Source of the DNA: Candidatus Multivoradales bacterium
GTDB lineage: Bacteria; Acidobacteriota; Thermoanaerobaculia; Multivoradales; J023
Direction of reading: 5' to 3'
DNA length: 64,000 nucleotides
Assembly (NCBI GenBank): GCA_965248925.1
Contig: CBDFLE010000006.1
Span: forward strand, 4,928,001 to 4,992,000
Every line of letters starts with the position of its first letter. Positions within the stretch are counted from its first letter, which is position 1. A program made the translations under genes and the position numbers. Under the pieces are notes generated by a model that worked only from the letters and a program-made list of their open reading frames with translations, ran no database searches and was not told the DNA's origin. This document shows, in pieces, positions 48,695-59,019 of the stretch.

Positions 48695-50488
48695 ATGATG
48701 CAAGCAAGCGCTGGCCGCTGCCTTCTCTTGATCTGTTGGGTCGGATTGACTTCTGTCGCGGCAACGCCCTGTCGGGCAGCTCCCGAACCCTCGCCGAAGG
48801 CAGTTTTCAACCAGCTCGATCGGCTCACCGCTATCGATGTCACCATCGAGGTCGCAAGGATCAAGGATCGCTGGAAGGCTGGCGAATGGCGACCGGGAGA
48901 CTTCCAAATTCTGCTGGATGCTCAGTCGCGGTCGGTGATCGGGGTGGAGCCAGTAGCTGCCGCGGGTGGCTGGCGGACGGTGATCTACTTCGATTTCGAA
49001 CTCGCAGGAGAACGCACGGTTCGCTGGGCTGCCGAGACTCTGGCCCAGCAGGCGAGCCGTTTGTTGGAGCGCGGCCAAGTTGAGGTTGTGGTGGCCGATC
49101 CGCTGCCCAGGCAGCTGCTACTGTCCAGTCGCGATCCCCAAGCCTTGCGCGCCGTCCTGAACGATCTTGCCTTGCGCCCTTCAGGCCGAGAAGTTCTGCT
49201 GCAGCTACGGACGGAGGTGTTGCAGGAGCTGGACCTCGGTGCTACTGAGCTGAGCGCCGACCAGCTGATGGGCTGGGCCAGCGGCGAAGAAGTGCTGCGG
49301 GTTCAGCGGCAGCAAGATCGACTGCTCGCTTGGTTGTTGCAGGCGGGCACTGAAGATGAGCGAGCTTTGTTCTTGGTCACTGACGGCTACGACCTGCGGC
49401 CAGCGGAATTTTACGCCTCTCAGGTCGACACCGAGGTGGCGACGGACCAGCAGGCATCGCTGGTGGTGGCCAGTAGCGAGCTGGCGCGGACTGTTGCTGC
49501 TTATGGCTGGCTGACGTTTCCGCTCAAGGCTCCGGCGGCGCAGCTTTCGGTGCCCGGCAAGCGGATAGGAAAGTGGCGGTTGCAGGGCTTGACGGCGGCG
49601 CGGGAAGCGGAGCGCGATCCGGAACTTGCCGAGGCCTACCTCGAACTCGGCGCGGCATTGCAAGTCCAAGGCAAGCTGGATGATGCGGAACGTGCCTATC
49701 GCAAAGCGCTGCACCACTTCTACCGCGACCCGCGCACCGCCGATCGGCAGGCGGCTGTGCTCGCCGGACTCGGCCGGGTGTTGCTGGCGCTGGACCAGGA
49801 GGCAGCCGCCCGTCGGGCTTTTCGCCAAGCTCTTGACCTCGATCCGCAGGTCGTCTTGCAGGAGGGTATTCCAGCTGCGATTTTGATCGCGCCTACAGTG
49901 CCGTTAAAGGAGTTGGCACAAGCCGCGGGCGGCCGTTTGTTGCGCCAAGCGGAGGCGGTGACTGAAGCGATCGACAGTTGGTCCCGCCGGGTGCGGTTGA
50001 GCTATCAAGTGGCGGGCGATCCGCTCGGCCGCTTGTGGCCGCTCGAGGTTCGCGGGCCGGGCGAGAAGGCGCTTATCGGTCCGGCCTGGGGGCGTTTCTC
50101 GACCCCCTTGACGGTGGCTAAAGCGCGTTTGCGACTGGCGCCGTCGACGATCGATGCCGCTGGCCTGTTGCCGTTGCGGGTCGATCTCTCTCTGCCTGCT
50201 TCGGCTGGCGAGCCGGCCAAGCTGCAAGTAGCGCTTGCAGAGGGCGCCGCCGATTTGTTGAGTGGCGGCGCGCTGCTGCGCACCAGTTGGGGAGCGGGTG
50301 TCGAAGAGCGGCTTCTGCGCAGCGAGCACCAACCTCCAGAATCACTGGCGGTGAGCGACCTCGTTGCCTGGCGAGACCATTTCGAAGTCGAGTCAAGGGT
50401 CGCCGAGGGCTGGGCGGCGGTGTTGGTCGAAGATCTTCTGAGTGGCCTCTGGCGGGTCGAGCTGGTGCCTTTGCAGCCGGACCTCTAG
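48695..50488 (+). CDS. Exported VWA-like/TPR protein
   Basis: Signal peptide; VIYFD...LFLVTDG VWA-like motifs; TPR (AYLELG...AFRQALDLDP). Confidence 0.6.
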   Translation: MMQASAGRCLLLICWVGLTSVAATPCRAAPEPSPKAVFNQLDRLTAIDVTIEVARIKDRWKAGEWRPGDFQILLDAQSRSVIGVEPVAAAGGWRTVIYFDFELAGERTVRWAAETLAQQASRLLERGQVEVVVADPLPRQLLLSSRDPQALRAVLNDLALRPSGREVLLQLRTEVLQELDLGATELSADQLMGWASGEEVLRVQRQQDRLLAWLLQAGTEDERALFLVTDGYDLRPAEFYASQVDTEVATDQQASLVVASSELARTVAAYGWLTFPLKAPAAQLSVPGKRIGKWRLQGLTAAREAERDPELAEAYLELGAALQVQGKLDDAERAYRKALHHFYRDPRTADRQAAVLAGLGRVLLALDQEAAARRAFRQALDLDPQVVLQEGIPAAILIAPTVPLKELAQAAGGRLLRQAEAVTEAIDSWSRRVRLSYQVAGDPLGRLWPLEVRGPGEKALIGPAWGRFSTPLTVAKARLRLAPSTIDAAGLLPLRVDLSLPASAGEPAKLQVALAEGAADLLSGGALLRTSWGAGVEERLLRSEHQPPESLAVSDLVAWRDHFEVESRVAEGWAAVLVEDLLSGLWRVELVPLQPDL

Positions 50489-50501
50489 CTTGACTCCGCT
50501 A

Positions 50502-50534
50502 TTCGACACTACTGTTCGACACTACTGTTCGACA
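50502..50534 (+). repeat. 13-bp tandem repeat TTCGACACTACTG x2.5
   Basis: Seen directly in the intergenic region upstream of the IOR gene. Confidence 0.8.
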
Positions 50535-50696
50535 TCGCCGCGGCGGAGCAGTGAGGGAAGGCCGCCAGCTCTGTCTGGCATCTTGCCGCTGCGGGCGTTT
50601 TTCTTGCAGCCGAAACTAGCGGACGGTACTCTCAGCAAACCTCTGAGATCGCTTGCCAATCCCTGGTGCAGTAGGGAGCAAGGTGGAACTACGACT

Positions 50697-53600
50697 GTGG
50701 GCCAATACTCAACAGACACTCGCTATACCGCCACCTCGGGTCGGGTCTTCCTGACCGGGGTGCAGGCGCTGACCCGAATTCTCGTCGATCAGCTGCGGGT
50801 TGATCGCGCCGCTGGCCGTCGCACGGCGGCTTTCGTCTCCGGCTATCCGGGGTCGCCACTGGGTGGCTTCGATCTCGAGATGAGCCGCTTGCTGAGTCGG
50901 GTAAAGGACCTGCCGATCGTCCATCAGCCGGGGGTCAACGAAGAACTCGGGCTGACCGCGGTGATGGGCTCCCAACTGGTGGGTGGCCAGGACGACAAGA
51001 TCTACGATGGGGTGGTCGGGTTGTGGTACGGCAAGGCGCCGGGCTTTGACCGTGCCGGCGATGCTATCCGTCACGCGGTTTTCACGGGTACCGATCCCGC
51101 TGGCGGCGCGGTGGCCCTGGTCGGCGACGATCCGAGCGCCAAGAGTTCGACCCTGCCGTCCTCCAGCGACGTCTCCTTTGTCGATATGAAGATGCCGGTG
51201 TTCTATCCCGGCTCAGTGGGGGAGATCTCCCGCCTCGGGCTGCACGCCGTCGCCGTGTCGCGGTTGTCCGGCCTGTGGTCGGCGATCAAGGTAGTCACAC
51301 CGGTGGCTGATGGCACGGCGGCGATTGAGCTCGATGCCCTGTCGTTCGCGCCGCGCATCCCGCAGACCGACTATCGCTGTCGTCCGAGCGCCATGTTTCT
51401 CGGTGCTCGCACCCTGGTCACCGAACAGGAGCTGTTTGGCATTCGTACCGAATTGGCGCTGCGTTACGGCATTGAGAACCAGCTCAACCGCATTGTTGTC
51501 GACTCGCCGGATGCCTGGATCGGCCTGCTGGCCAGTGGTTATACCTATCACCAGATGCGGGCGGCGCTGCGCCGTCTGGGGTTGGCCAGTGACCAAGACT
51601 TGGCCGCGGCCGGAATCCGTTTGCTGCACCTTCAGATGCCGGTGCCTTTTGACCGCGATTTGGTGCGCCAGTTCGCCCGCGGCTTGCAAGAGATCTTGGT
51701 GGTTGAGGAGAAGAATCCAACCCTCGAAGTCTGGGTGCGAGACGCTCTGTACGGGCGGAGCGATCAGCCTCTAGTGCTCGGCAAGTCGGGTGCCGACGGG
51801 GGGCCGTTGTTGCCGGCCCATGGCCAGCTCGATGCCGACGCGATGATTGCCGGCGTTCGTGCCCGGCTGGCCCAACGTCTGCAAGCTCGCCTGGCGCCTT
51901 TGCCAGCGGTCAGCAGGGTGGACGATCTACCGCTCACGGTGGCGCGCAAACCCTACTTTTGCTCTGGCTGTCCCCATAGCTGGGGAGTCAAGACTGTTGA
52001 GGGTGTGTTGGTAGGAGCTGGTACTGGCTGTCACGGCATGAGCCTGCTGATGGACGAAGGGAGGGTTGGGCAGACCCACGGCATCACTTGCATGGGCAAC
52101 GAGGGTAGCAATTGGATTGGCATGGCGCCGTTCTTGGAGCGCCAGCATAGTGTCCAGAATCTTGGCGACGGCACCTACTTTCATTCCGCCCAGCTAGCGG
52201 TGCAGGCGGCGGTGGGCGCCAGCGTCTCGATCACTTATAAGTTGCTCTACAACCATACGGTGGCGATGACCGGTGGTCAAGATCCGCCCACCGTGCTGGC
52301 AGTTCCAGAATTGGTGGGGACCCTGCTGGCTTTCGGGGTGAAAGAGGTGCTGATCACCACTGACGAGGTGGAAAAGTACAGCCACCTCGGGCTTCCCGAG
52401 GGGGTCCAGGTGTGGCCGCGGCAACGCATTGTCGAAGCCCAGGAGCTGCTGGCACAAGTCGCTGGGGTCACCGTGCTAATCCATGATCAGGCTTGCGCCA
52501 CTGAGCTACGCCGCGGGCGCAAGCGGGGGCTGATCGAGACGCCCCGGCAGCGGGTGGTGATCAACCCGCGGGTCTGCGAGGGCTGTGGCGATTGTGGCGA
52601 TGTTAGCGGCTGCTTGTCGGTGCAGCCCTACGACACCCCGTTCGGGCGCAAGACCCGCATCGACCAGGCGACTTGCAATCTCGACTACACCTGCCTCGAC
52701 GGAGATTGTCCGGCCTTCATGACCGTGACCGCGCCGCGTATCTGGCGGCGGCAGAAAGGCCGGCAGACCCGCCCCGCGCCCCCCGAACCGCCGCTGGTGG
52801 CCGCGCCGCGATCGAGCTTGATCGAGGCGGATCGGGTCGCCATTCGCATGGTGGGTATCGGTGGCACCGGGGTGGTGACGGTCGCCCAAGTGTTGGGAAC
52901 GGCGGCGACTCTGGCGGGGTGGCAGGTGGCCGGCCTCGACCAAACGGGCTTGGCGCAAAAAGCCGGCCCGGTGGTTAGCGACGTACTGCTCAGCCGTCAC
53001 GAGCCGCTTTTCAGCAACTTGATCGGCCGTCAAGAGGCCGACTTGATTCTCGCTTTCGATCTCTTGGCCGGTACTACCGCGGCCAATCTGGAAGTGGCCT
53101 CGGCGGCGCGGACCGTGCTGATCGGTTCGACGGTGATCGTGCCTACCGGCGATATGGTGGTCGACCCCAGTTTGGCGGCGCCCAACGTCGATCAGCTCAG
53201 TGGCCGCGCGGCGGCGGTGACCCGCGACGAGCACAATCGCTGGGTCGATAGCCCGCGGCTCGCACGGCGCCTGGCCGGCGAGCCCGCCACCGCCAACATT
53301 CTGCTCCTCGGAGTGGCTACGCAAGCGGGGCAGGTACCGATTCCACCAGCTGCCATTGAGCAGGCCATCGAACTCAACGGTGTCGCCATCGCGGCCAATC
53401 TGCGTGCTTTCCGCTGGGGTCGAGCCTGGTGGGCAGACCCGGAGGCGGTGGCAGCTCAGCTGCCGGCTGTGGCCCCGCCACTAACTCTTGATGAACGGGT
53501 CGATTTTCTGGCCGCCGACTTGTCTGCCTACCAGAACGCCGCTTACGCCAAGACCTTTCGCCAACGAGTGGCCGCAGTCAGCACCGCTGAAGACGAGGCG

Positions 53601-54107
53601 GTGGCGGGTTCGCGGCAGCTTGCATCAGCCTACGCCTCCTGCTTACACAAGCTAATGGCCTACAAAGACGAGTATGAGGTGGCCCGGTTGCTGCTGCTTC
53701 CCGAGGCTCGCCAGGCGGCCGAGGAAGTGGCCGGCGCCGGCGCCAGATCGAGTTGGAATCTACATCCGCCGATGCTCAAGGCGTTGGGAATGAACAGCAA
53801 GTTTCGCATCGCCAGGTGGTGGGGAGTGCCCTTGATGGGTGCGTTGCGGGCGGCCAAGAGAGTTCGCGGAACTCCCTTCGATCCTTTTGGCTGGATGGGG
53901 ATGCGCAAGCTGGAGCGTCAGTTGATCGACGAATACGTGGCGGCCTTAGACCAGGTAGTCACTCGGCTCAGCGCTGAGAACCTCGAGCAAGCCACCGCCA
54001 TCGCCGAGCTGCCGGATCAGGTGCGAGGATACGAAGAACTCAAACAGTGCCGCGCAGCGGCCTACCAAGTAGAGCTGGCCGCCAAGGTGGCGGCTTTCAT
54101 CGGCTGA
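50697..54107 (+). CDS. Indolepyruvate:ferredoxin oxidoreductase family protein (fused alpha/beta)
   Basis: TGVQAL, SGYPGSPLGG, NEELG, FCSGCPH, GDGTYFHS, CEGCGDC, GIGGTGVVT, KLMAYKDEYEVAR; GTG start at 50697. Confidence 0.92.
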   Translation: MGQYSTDTRYTATSGRVFLTGVQALTRILVDQLRVDRAAGRRTAAFVSGYPGSPLGGFDLEMSRLLSRVKDLPIVHQPGVNEELGLTAVMGSQLVGGQDDKIYDGVVGLWYGKAPGFDRAGDAIRHAVFTGTDPAGGAVALVGDDPSAKSSTLPSSSDVSFVDMKMPVFYPGSVGEISRLGLHAVAVSRLSGLWSAIKVVTPVADGTAAIELDALSFAPRIPQTDYRCRPSAMFLGARTLVTEQELFGIRTELALRYGIENQLNRIVVDSPDAWIGLLASGYTYHQMRAALRRLGLASDQDLAAAGIRLLHLQMPVPFDRDLVRQFARGLQEILVVEEKNPTLEVWVRDALYGRSDQPLVLGKSGADGGPLLPAHGQLDADAMIAGVRARLAQRLQARLAPLPAVSRVDDLPLTVARKPYFCSGCPHSWGVKTVEGVLVGAGTGCHGMSLLMDEGRVGQTHGITCMGNEGSNWIGMAPFLERQHSVQNLGDGTYFHSAQLAVQAAVGASVSITYKLLYNHTVAMTGGQDPPTVLAVPELVGTLLAFGVKEVLITTDEVEKYSHLGLPEGVQVWPRQRIVEAQELLAQVAGVTVLIHDQACATELRRGRKRGLIETPRQRVVINPRVCEGCGDCGDVSGCLSVQPYDTPFGRKTRIDQATCNLDYTCLDGDCPAFMTVTAPRIWRRQKGRQTRPAPPEPPLVAAPRSSLIEADRVAIRMVGIGGTGVVTVAQVLGTAATLAGWQVAGLDQTGLAQKAGPVVSDVLLSRHEPLFSNLIGRQEADLILAFDLLAGTTAANLEVASAARTVLIGSTVIVPTGDMVVDPSLAAPNVDQLSGRAAAVTRDEHNRWVDSPRLARRLAGEPATANILLLGVATQAGQVPIPPAAIEQAIELNGVAIAANLRAFRWGRAWWADPEAVAAQLPAVAPPLTLDERVDFLAADLSAYQNAAYAKTFRQRVAAVSTAEDEAVAGSRQLASAYASCLHKLMAYKDEYEVARLLLLPEARQAAEEVAGAGARSSWNLHPPMLKALGMNSKFRIARWWGVPLMGALRAAKRVRGTPFDPFGWMGMRKLERQLIDEYVAALDQVVTRLSAENLEQATAIAELPDQVRGYEELKQCRAAAYQVELAAKVAAFIG

Positions 54108-54194
54108 TTAGCCGCGCCAAGCGCCGCATCCTCAGCCCACGGCGGCGGTTACAGGGCGGTCTGTTTCGAGCTGACGAGCCACCAGCTCAGCGTA

Positions 54195-54420
54195 CAATCT
54201 TTGCCGGCCCCCGAGCGGCCGACCAGGGCGACGAAGGTACCGGGTTTGACTTTCACCGCAACGTCTTGCACCACCATCGGCGAAGTTGGGCCGAACTGAA
54301 AACTCACCTGGTCGAGTGAGATCCGGCCCTTTAACCGGTAGGCGCTGGCCTTACCCTCGGACTGCTCCTTTGGAGTCTCTAGGACGTCGTTAATGCGATC
54401 GATATAACTCGCCAGCATCT
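54195..54420 (-). pseudogene. Fragment of a peptidase-containing/bacteriocin-type ABC exporter
   Basis: YIDRINDVLETPKEQ...LKGRISLDQVSF...VALVGRSGAGK only. Confidence 0.6.
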
Positions 54421-54424
54421 GTCT

Positions 54425-54740
54425 GCTGCACAGCAGCGACAGGGTCACGCCCTTCTTCCTCAGCTCGCCATGCACCTTGGCCCAGTCGGGCAAGGTTCGC
54501 TGACCGCCTTCTGGCCGCGCCCGCGGCCGAGGAAACAGGCGCTCGTCCAGCTCAGCGTCGCTCAGGGCTACTACCTGCTCCCAGCTCAAGCCGCCGACCT
54601 TGGCTCGCAACGAATAGTCGCAAACTGTCCCGTGGCCCAGCCGCACCGACCGTTCGATCTGGCGGTGCGGCTGGGCCATGCTGCCAGTTCAGTCTCAGTA
54701 CCGCGCCTATCTCACGCATCGATGTCCTCACTCTCGGCAT
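54425..54740 (-). pseudogene. IS21 IstA transposase 5' fragment (frameshifted)
   Basis: MREI..VLRL...; RQI..S.R.G..TV; LSW...LSDAELDERLFP; PDWAKVHGELRKKGVTL. Confidence 0.75.
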
Positions 54741-55171
54741 CCGATCCTCCTTCCGGGGAGGCTGGAATACCCCGTTTGCGAGGATCACGCAACCATCGAC
54801 CTCGGTCGCGGCCAGGATTCCGTCGGTGCAGGCAGCGAGACTCGTACCACAGGCTGTGGGGCCGCTGTGACCTCCGCCGCAGACCGAAACGGGCTCAATT
54901 CAAACACTTATGGCCGAGAAGCAGCAAGCTCTCGAGGTTCGGGGCGGAGATTGTTCTTCCGGCTGAGCAGCCGATCTCCGGCTCTCGCGCCAAATATCTC
55001 GGCGCGGTTGCCTATGCCGCAAAGTCTCCGGGTTCTTGATGCCTCGCCAGCCTCGCGGTATGTTTTCGCAACAGAGGCCTTACGCGAAATTGTGGCTTGG
55101 CGACAACGGTGCCGCGCCGCGCCGCCTGTCTTCGGTGCGATATGTCTGCTGATGGGGACAAGTAGAAGTTT

Positions 55172-55190
55172 GTAGAACGTAAGGTTATGC
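55172..55190 (+). mobile_element. attI-like site heading the second cassette array
   Basis: GTAGAAC-GTAAG-GTTATGC; GTTATGCGG is complementary (1 mismatch) to CCGCAGAAC at the cassette end. Confidence 0.55.
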
Positions 55191-55200
55191 GGACTAGAGA

Positions 55201-55998
55201 GTGATTCAGGGCATAGGCGAAAGAATCCAGGTCGCTCGTGAGTCCAAGGGCTTGGCGATGATCGATGTCGCCAAGCTAATTGGGGTAACGTGGTCGCCGA
55301 CGGCGCCACCCATCATGTACAAATTAAGAGGAGCAGCAAACAGTGGGCCCACAAACCCAGCGACGACAGCAAGAGATTGAATCGGCACGGCAGCAGAGGG
55401 AGAAAGATCATGAAACGCGCAATGGCATGCAAGACAGTCCGATAAAATCAGGAGAAATCAAAGCTCAGGCTGTTTCCCCGCCGGAACCATGATATTGACT
55501 GCCATAGGGGCAGTTGATATCGCGTCTTTAAAGGAGGGAGACTCGATTCTGACGTTTGACATTCGCCGTGCCGCTCTGAATCCAGAGCGTATTTTGAAAG
55601 TCAGTGAGCACAGAGATTGCAGAATCTGGGAGATTACGTTTACGGATGGGCATCAGGTCCAGACGACTGCTGTTCACAGTTTTCGCCTTGCGCAAGGATG
55701 GAAAATGGCGAGAGATATCTCCGGAGGTGATACGGTTCGCTGTATGACCAAGGGTGAAACACTTTTGCGGAAAGTGTCAGAGTCAAGGCAAACGATGAAA
55801 GTCGGAAACGTGTTCAATCTAATTGTGGAGGGTCAATTCTCTTTCGTTGCTGATGATGCGGTTGTCCACAGTTTTTCATATTTCCGAATTCCAAGGATGC
55901 TGGCATGGGCTTTCTACGCAAAACTGAGACGACATCTTCTCGGCAGGATTACTAAACCACGCTCACGCAGTTGTAAGGCGCATCGGGTTTTTACATAA
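55201..55998 (+). pseudogene. XRE-HTH plus Hint (intein-like) domain gene, interrupted; gene cassette
   Basis: IGERIQVARESKGLAMIDVAKLIGVT from GTG 55201; in-frame TGA at 55378 and 55411; then CFPAGT (55471), TTAVH, VFNLIVEG.FSFVAD..VVHS. Confidence 0.7.
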
Positions 55999-56029
55999 GG
56001 CGCTCAGCGGAACGTAGTAGAGCAAAGCC

Positions 56030-56156
56030 GCAGAACAAAGCGCATTCAAGGGACGCCATAGCCGTCTCTATCGTCCGTGGTGGGCGTAGAGCGGGTAGCT
56101 TCGCTGAGTCTCAACAGCTGGTTGAGGGGGCGCTCCTGGTGCGCTTGCCGTTCAGC
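56030..56156 (+). mobile_element. Integron attC site 4
   Basis: R'' GCAGAAC, AAGCGCATTCAAGGGACGCC / GGCGCTCCTGGTGCGCTT, R' GTTCAGC. Confidence 0.7.
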
Positions 56157-56202
56157 GCTATTGGTAAGTGCACAATGTCGATCGGAACGAAACGAAGGAT
56201 TC

Positions 56203-58731
56203 CAGACCTCCTGACCTACCCCTCCTAACCCTCTGAAAACACAGGACCGCCCCTCAGAGGTGGTGCGGACCCAAAACTGTCCGCTTTTTTCGGTGCCGAG
56301 GCATGATCGAGCATGGCACTGACGAGCGAGCACACCGTCCTGTTCCCAGACCACGCCGGGGTCCCCGATGGGGTTGTGGTGATCAACGACCGCTGCCGCC
56401 TCCAGCAGAGGGGCGGCTATCGGGTGGTGGTGGTCAGCGGCATGCCGCTCGCTCACTTCGCTGCCGGCGACAGGACAGGCGAGGCCCACGCGATGGTGAG
56501 TCTCGTTGAATTGGGCTGGGCACAGCAACGCGAGGTGGCCCTTGCGTTCGCTTGTGATGTGCGGACTGTGCGCCGGAATCAGCGCCGCTTCGAAGAAGGT
56601 GGGCTGGCTGCTCTGGGCCGGCCGCGCGGTTTTCCCCGGGGTCAGTCTCGGGTAGCGCAGGGCCGCCTGGACGCGGTCAACGGCTGGAAGGCCGAGGGTG
56701 TGTCGAATCGCGAGATTGGCCGGCGGCTGGGCATCGATGAGAAGGCCGTTCGCAAGCTCGCCAAGCGCCTGGGCTGGAAAGAGCGGTCGGTAGTGCAGAT
56801 GACGATGCCCTTCGAGAGTGCGGACCCAAAACTGTCCGCCTCTGATGAGCAGCAGGTCGACGGCCCCCTGAAAACTGCGGATCTTGCGCTCGACGCTGAG
56901 GGTGGCGGTGACCCAGCGGCTGCGGACCCAAAACTGTCCGCTTCTGCGTCCGAGCAAGATCAGGTTCCCCTCTCGCTGGACCTCGATCCAGCGGATCGCG
57001 CCAGCGATCGGCTGCTGGCGAGGCTGGGATTCCTCGATGATGCGGCGCCGATCTTCGGAGCGGCGACCCAGCTACCGGGCGCCGGTGCTCTGCTGGCGAT
57101 TCCCGCCCTGGTGGACAGCGGCGTGCTCTCCATCGCGCAGGAGCTGTACGGCAGCATCGGGCCGGCCTTCTATGGGCTGCGCACCACTCTGGTAACCCTG
57201 CTGCTGATGGCACTGTTGCGGGTCAAGCGACCCGAAGGGCTCAAGGAGCGCTCACCCCGGCATTTGGGTCAGCTTCTCGGGCTCGACCGAGCGCCGGAAG
57301 TGAAAACCTTGCGCAACAAGCTCGCTCGGCTGGCCGCGCATGGCCTGGCCGCGGATCTCGGTCGCGCCCTCGCTCAGCGCCGGGTCGCCACCAGGGGCCA
57401 TGCCATGGGCTTCCTCTACGTGGACGGGCATGTGCGCGCCTACCACGGTGGCCGAGAGATTCCCAAGACACACGTAGCGCGGATGCGGATCGCGATGCCG
57501 GCCACCACCGACTACTGGGTCAACGATGCTGAGAGCGAGCCTCTCTTCGTGGTCCCCACCGAGGCCAACAAGGGGCTTGCGACGATGCTTCCCCTCATTC
57601 TCGAAGAGGTACGAAAGCTACTCGGAGACCGGCGAGTCACCGTCGTCTTCGACCGTGGGGGTTGGAGCCCGAAGCTGTTTGCGAAGCTCATCGCCAAGAA
57701 GTTCGACATCCTCACATACCGAAAGGCCCCCTTTCGTCCGGTGCCGTTGAGCAAGTTCGGGCAGATCAAGGACACGATCCACGGGCGGAAGCTCGAGTAC
57801 CTCCTCGCCGATCAGCGTATCTACCTCGAGTATGGCCCGAGGAAGAAGCGCAAGCGGCTGTACCTGCGCCAGGTCACCCGCCTCTGCGACAACGGCCACC
57901 AGACGTCCATCATCACCTCCCGCCGCGACCTCTCCACACTCGAGGTCGCCTACCGCATGTTCGATCGTTGGAGGCAAGAGAACTTCTTCAAATACCTGCG
58001 CGAAGAATTCGCACTCGATGCCCTGGTGGACTATGGCACCGAGCCAGCGGACGCTGCCCGCGATGTGCCGAATCCCGAGCGCGGCAAGATCAATGCAGAG
58101 CTGCGCAAAGCTCACGCACATCTCGAGCAGCTTCGGGCCCACATCGGGATCGCTGCTCTTGAAAACCGCGAGGATCGGCGGCGCACGATGCGCGGATTCA
58201 AGATCGCCAACGCCGCCATCTCCGCCAGGGTCCGGGCAGCGATAGAGCAGATCACCGAACTCGAGAACCAGCGCGCGACCCTCCCCGTCCGCGTCCCCGT
58301 CCAAGAGGTCGTCGAAGCGGATGTCATCAAGCTGTCCGTCGAGCGCAAGCACCTCACCGATATTCTCAAGATGGTCGCCTACCAGGCCGAAGGTGATCTT
58401 CTCCGGCTCCTATCACCCCACTACCGCCGCACCGAGCAGGAGGGACGCACCCTGATCCAAAGCGCTTTCGCGGCCGGCGGCGATATGGAGGTTACCGACA
58501 CCGTGCTGCTCCTTTCCATCGACCCGCTCAGCTCTCCCCACAAGACGGCGGCGATCGCCGCCGTCTGCGAAGAACTCAACGCTACCGCCACCCACTTCCC
58601 CGGCACCGAGCTACGGATGCGGTTCGCGATCAAGAAGGCGCCACCCCGGAGCCTGGCCTTCCCAGGGCCTCGGAACACCTCCGGAGAGGCTCAACCGGAC
58701 ATTTGAGAAAAAGGGTATGTCAGGAGTTCTG
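56203..58731 (+). mobile_element. Intact insertion sequence (about 2.5 kb) with TIRs and 5-bp TSD
   Basis: TIRs CAGACCTCCTGACCTACCC / GGGTATGTCAGGAGTTCTG; GATTC duplicated at 56198-56202 and 58732-58736. Confidence 0.85.
56313..58706 (+). CDS. Large DDE transposase with N-terminal HTH domains
   Basis: Two HTH motifs; YVDGH, VFDRGG, RWRQENFFKY catalytic motifs. Confidence 0.85.
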   Translation: MALTSEHTVLFPDHAGVPDGVVVINDRCRLQQRGGYRVVVVSGMPLAHFAAGDRTGEAHAMVSLVELGWAQQREVALAFACDVRTVRRNQRRFEEGGLAALGRPRGFPRGQSRVAQGRLDAVNGWKAEGVSNREIGRRLGIDEKAVRKLAKRLGWKERSVVQMTMPFESADPKLSASDEQQVDGPLKTADLALDAEGGGDPAAADPKLSASASEQDQVPLSLDLDPADRASDRLLARLGFLDDAAPIFGAATQLPGAGALLAIPALVDSGVLSIAQELYGSIGPAFYGLRTTLVTLLLMALLRVKRPEGLKERSPRHLGQLLGLDRAPEVKTLRNKLARLAAHGLAADLGRALAQRRVATRGHAMGFLYVDGHVRAYHGGREIPKTHVARMRIAMPATTDYWVNDAESEPLFVVPTEANKGLATMLPLILEEVRKLLGDRRVTVVFDRGGWSPKLFAKLIAKKFDILTYRKAPFRPVPLSKFGQIKDTIHGRKLEYLLADQRIYLEYGPRKKRKRLYLRQVTRLCDNGHQTSIITSRRDLSTLEVAYRMFDRWRQENFFKYLREEFALDALVDYGTEPADAARDVPNPERGKINAELRKAHAHLEQLRAHIGIAALENREDRRRTMRGFKIANAAISARVRAAIEQITELENQRATLPVRVPVQEVVEADVIKLSVERKHLTDILKMVAYQAEGDLLRLLSPHYRRTEQEGRTLIQSAFAAGGDMEVTDTVLLLSIDPLSSPHKTAAIAAVCEELNATATHFPGTELRMRFAIKKAPPRSLAFPGPRNTSGEAQPDI

Positions 58732-58761
58732 GATTCTGGAGTTGCAAGATTCGAGAGGGTG

Positions 58762-59019
58762 CTACTTCTTGTAGACGTCACCCCGTGGGCCTACTTCGAG
58801 TACAAGGATGATCGAGTCATCGAGGTAGGCGAAGAGCACTCGCCAAGTGCCGACTCGAAGCCGGTAGGTATCGCCGGACGCTTCTCGCAGGCGGCGAACA
58901 TCGCCTTCGTTCGACTCAGCGAGAGTCTTGATTCCGGCGGTGATCCGATCTCGGGTCGGCCGATCGAGGCGGGAGATCGTCTTGAGCGCTCGTTTCGCCC
59001 ACTGAATCTGCCGGCTCAC
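58762..59019 (-). CDS. RelE/ParE-family toxin
   Basis: WAKRALK...GDVRRL...YRLRVGTWRVLF...VGPRGDVY. Confidence 0.9.
   Translation of the reverse strand: MSRQIQWAKRALKTISRLDRPTRDRITAGIKTLAESNEGDVRRLREASGDTYRLRVGTWRVLFAYLDDSIILVLEVGPRGDVYKK

Noticed and set aside
54149-54679. 176-aa ORF as a novel fusion protein
   Set aside because: Chance in-frame junction of IS21 IstA and ABC-exporter fragments, both truncated.
55378-55413. Two in-frame TGA codons as selenocysteine or recoding
   Set aside because: No redox-motif context and no convincing downstream hairpin seen; decay by frameshifts is simpler.
56265-56941. Three identical 20-bp palindromic repeats as a CRISPR array
   Set aside because: Spacing is irregular (about 535 and 82 bp), the repeats lie in or next to a transposase ORF, and there are no cas genes.
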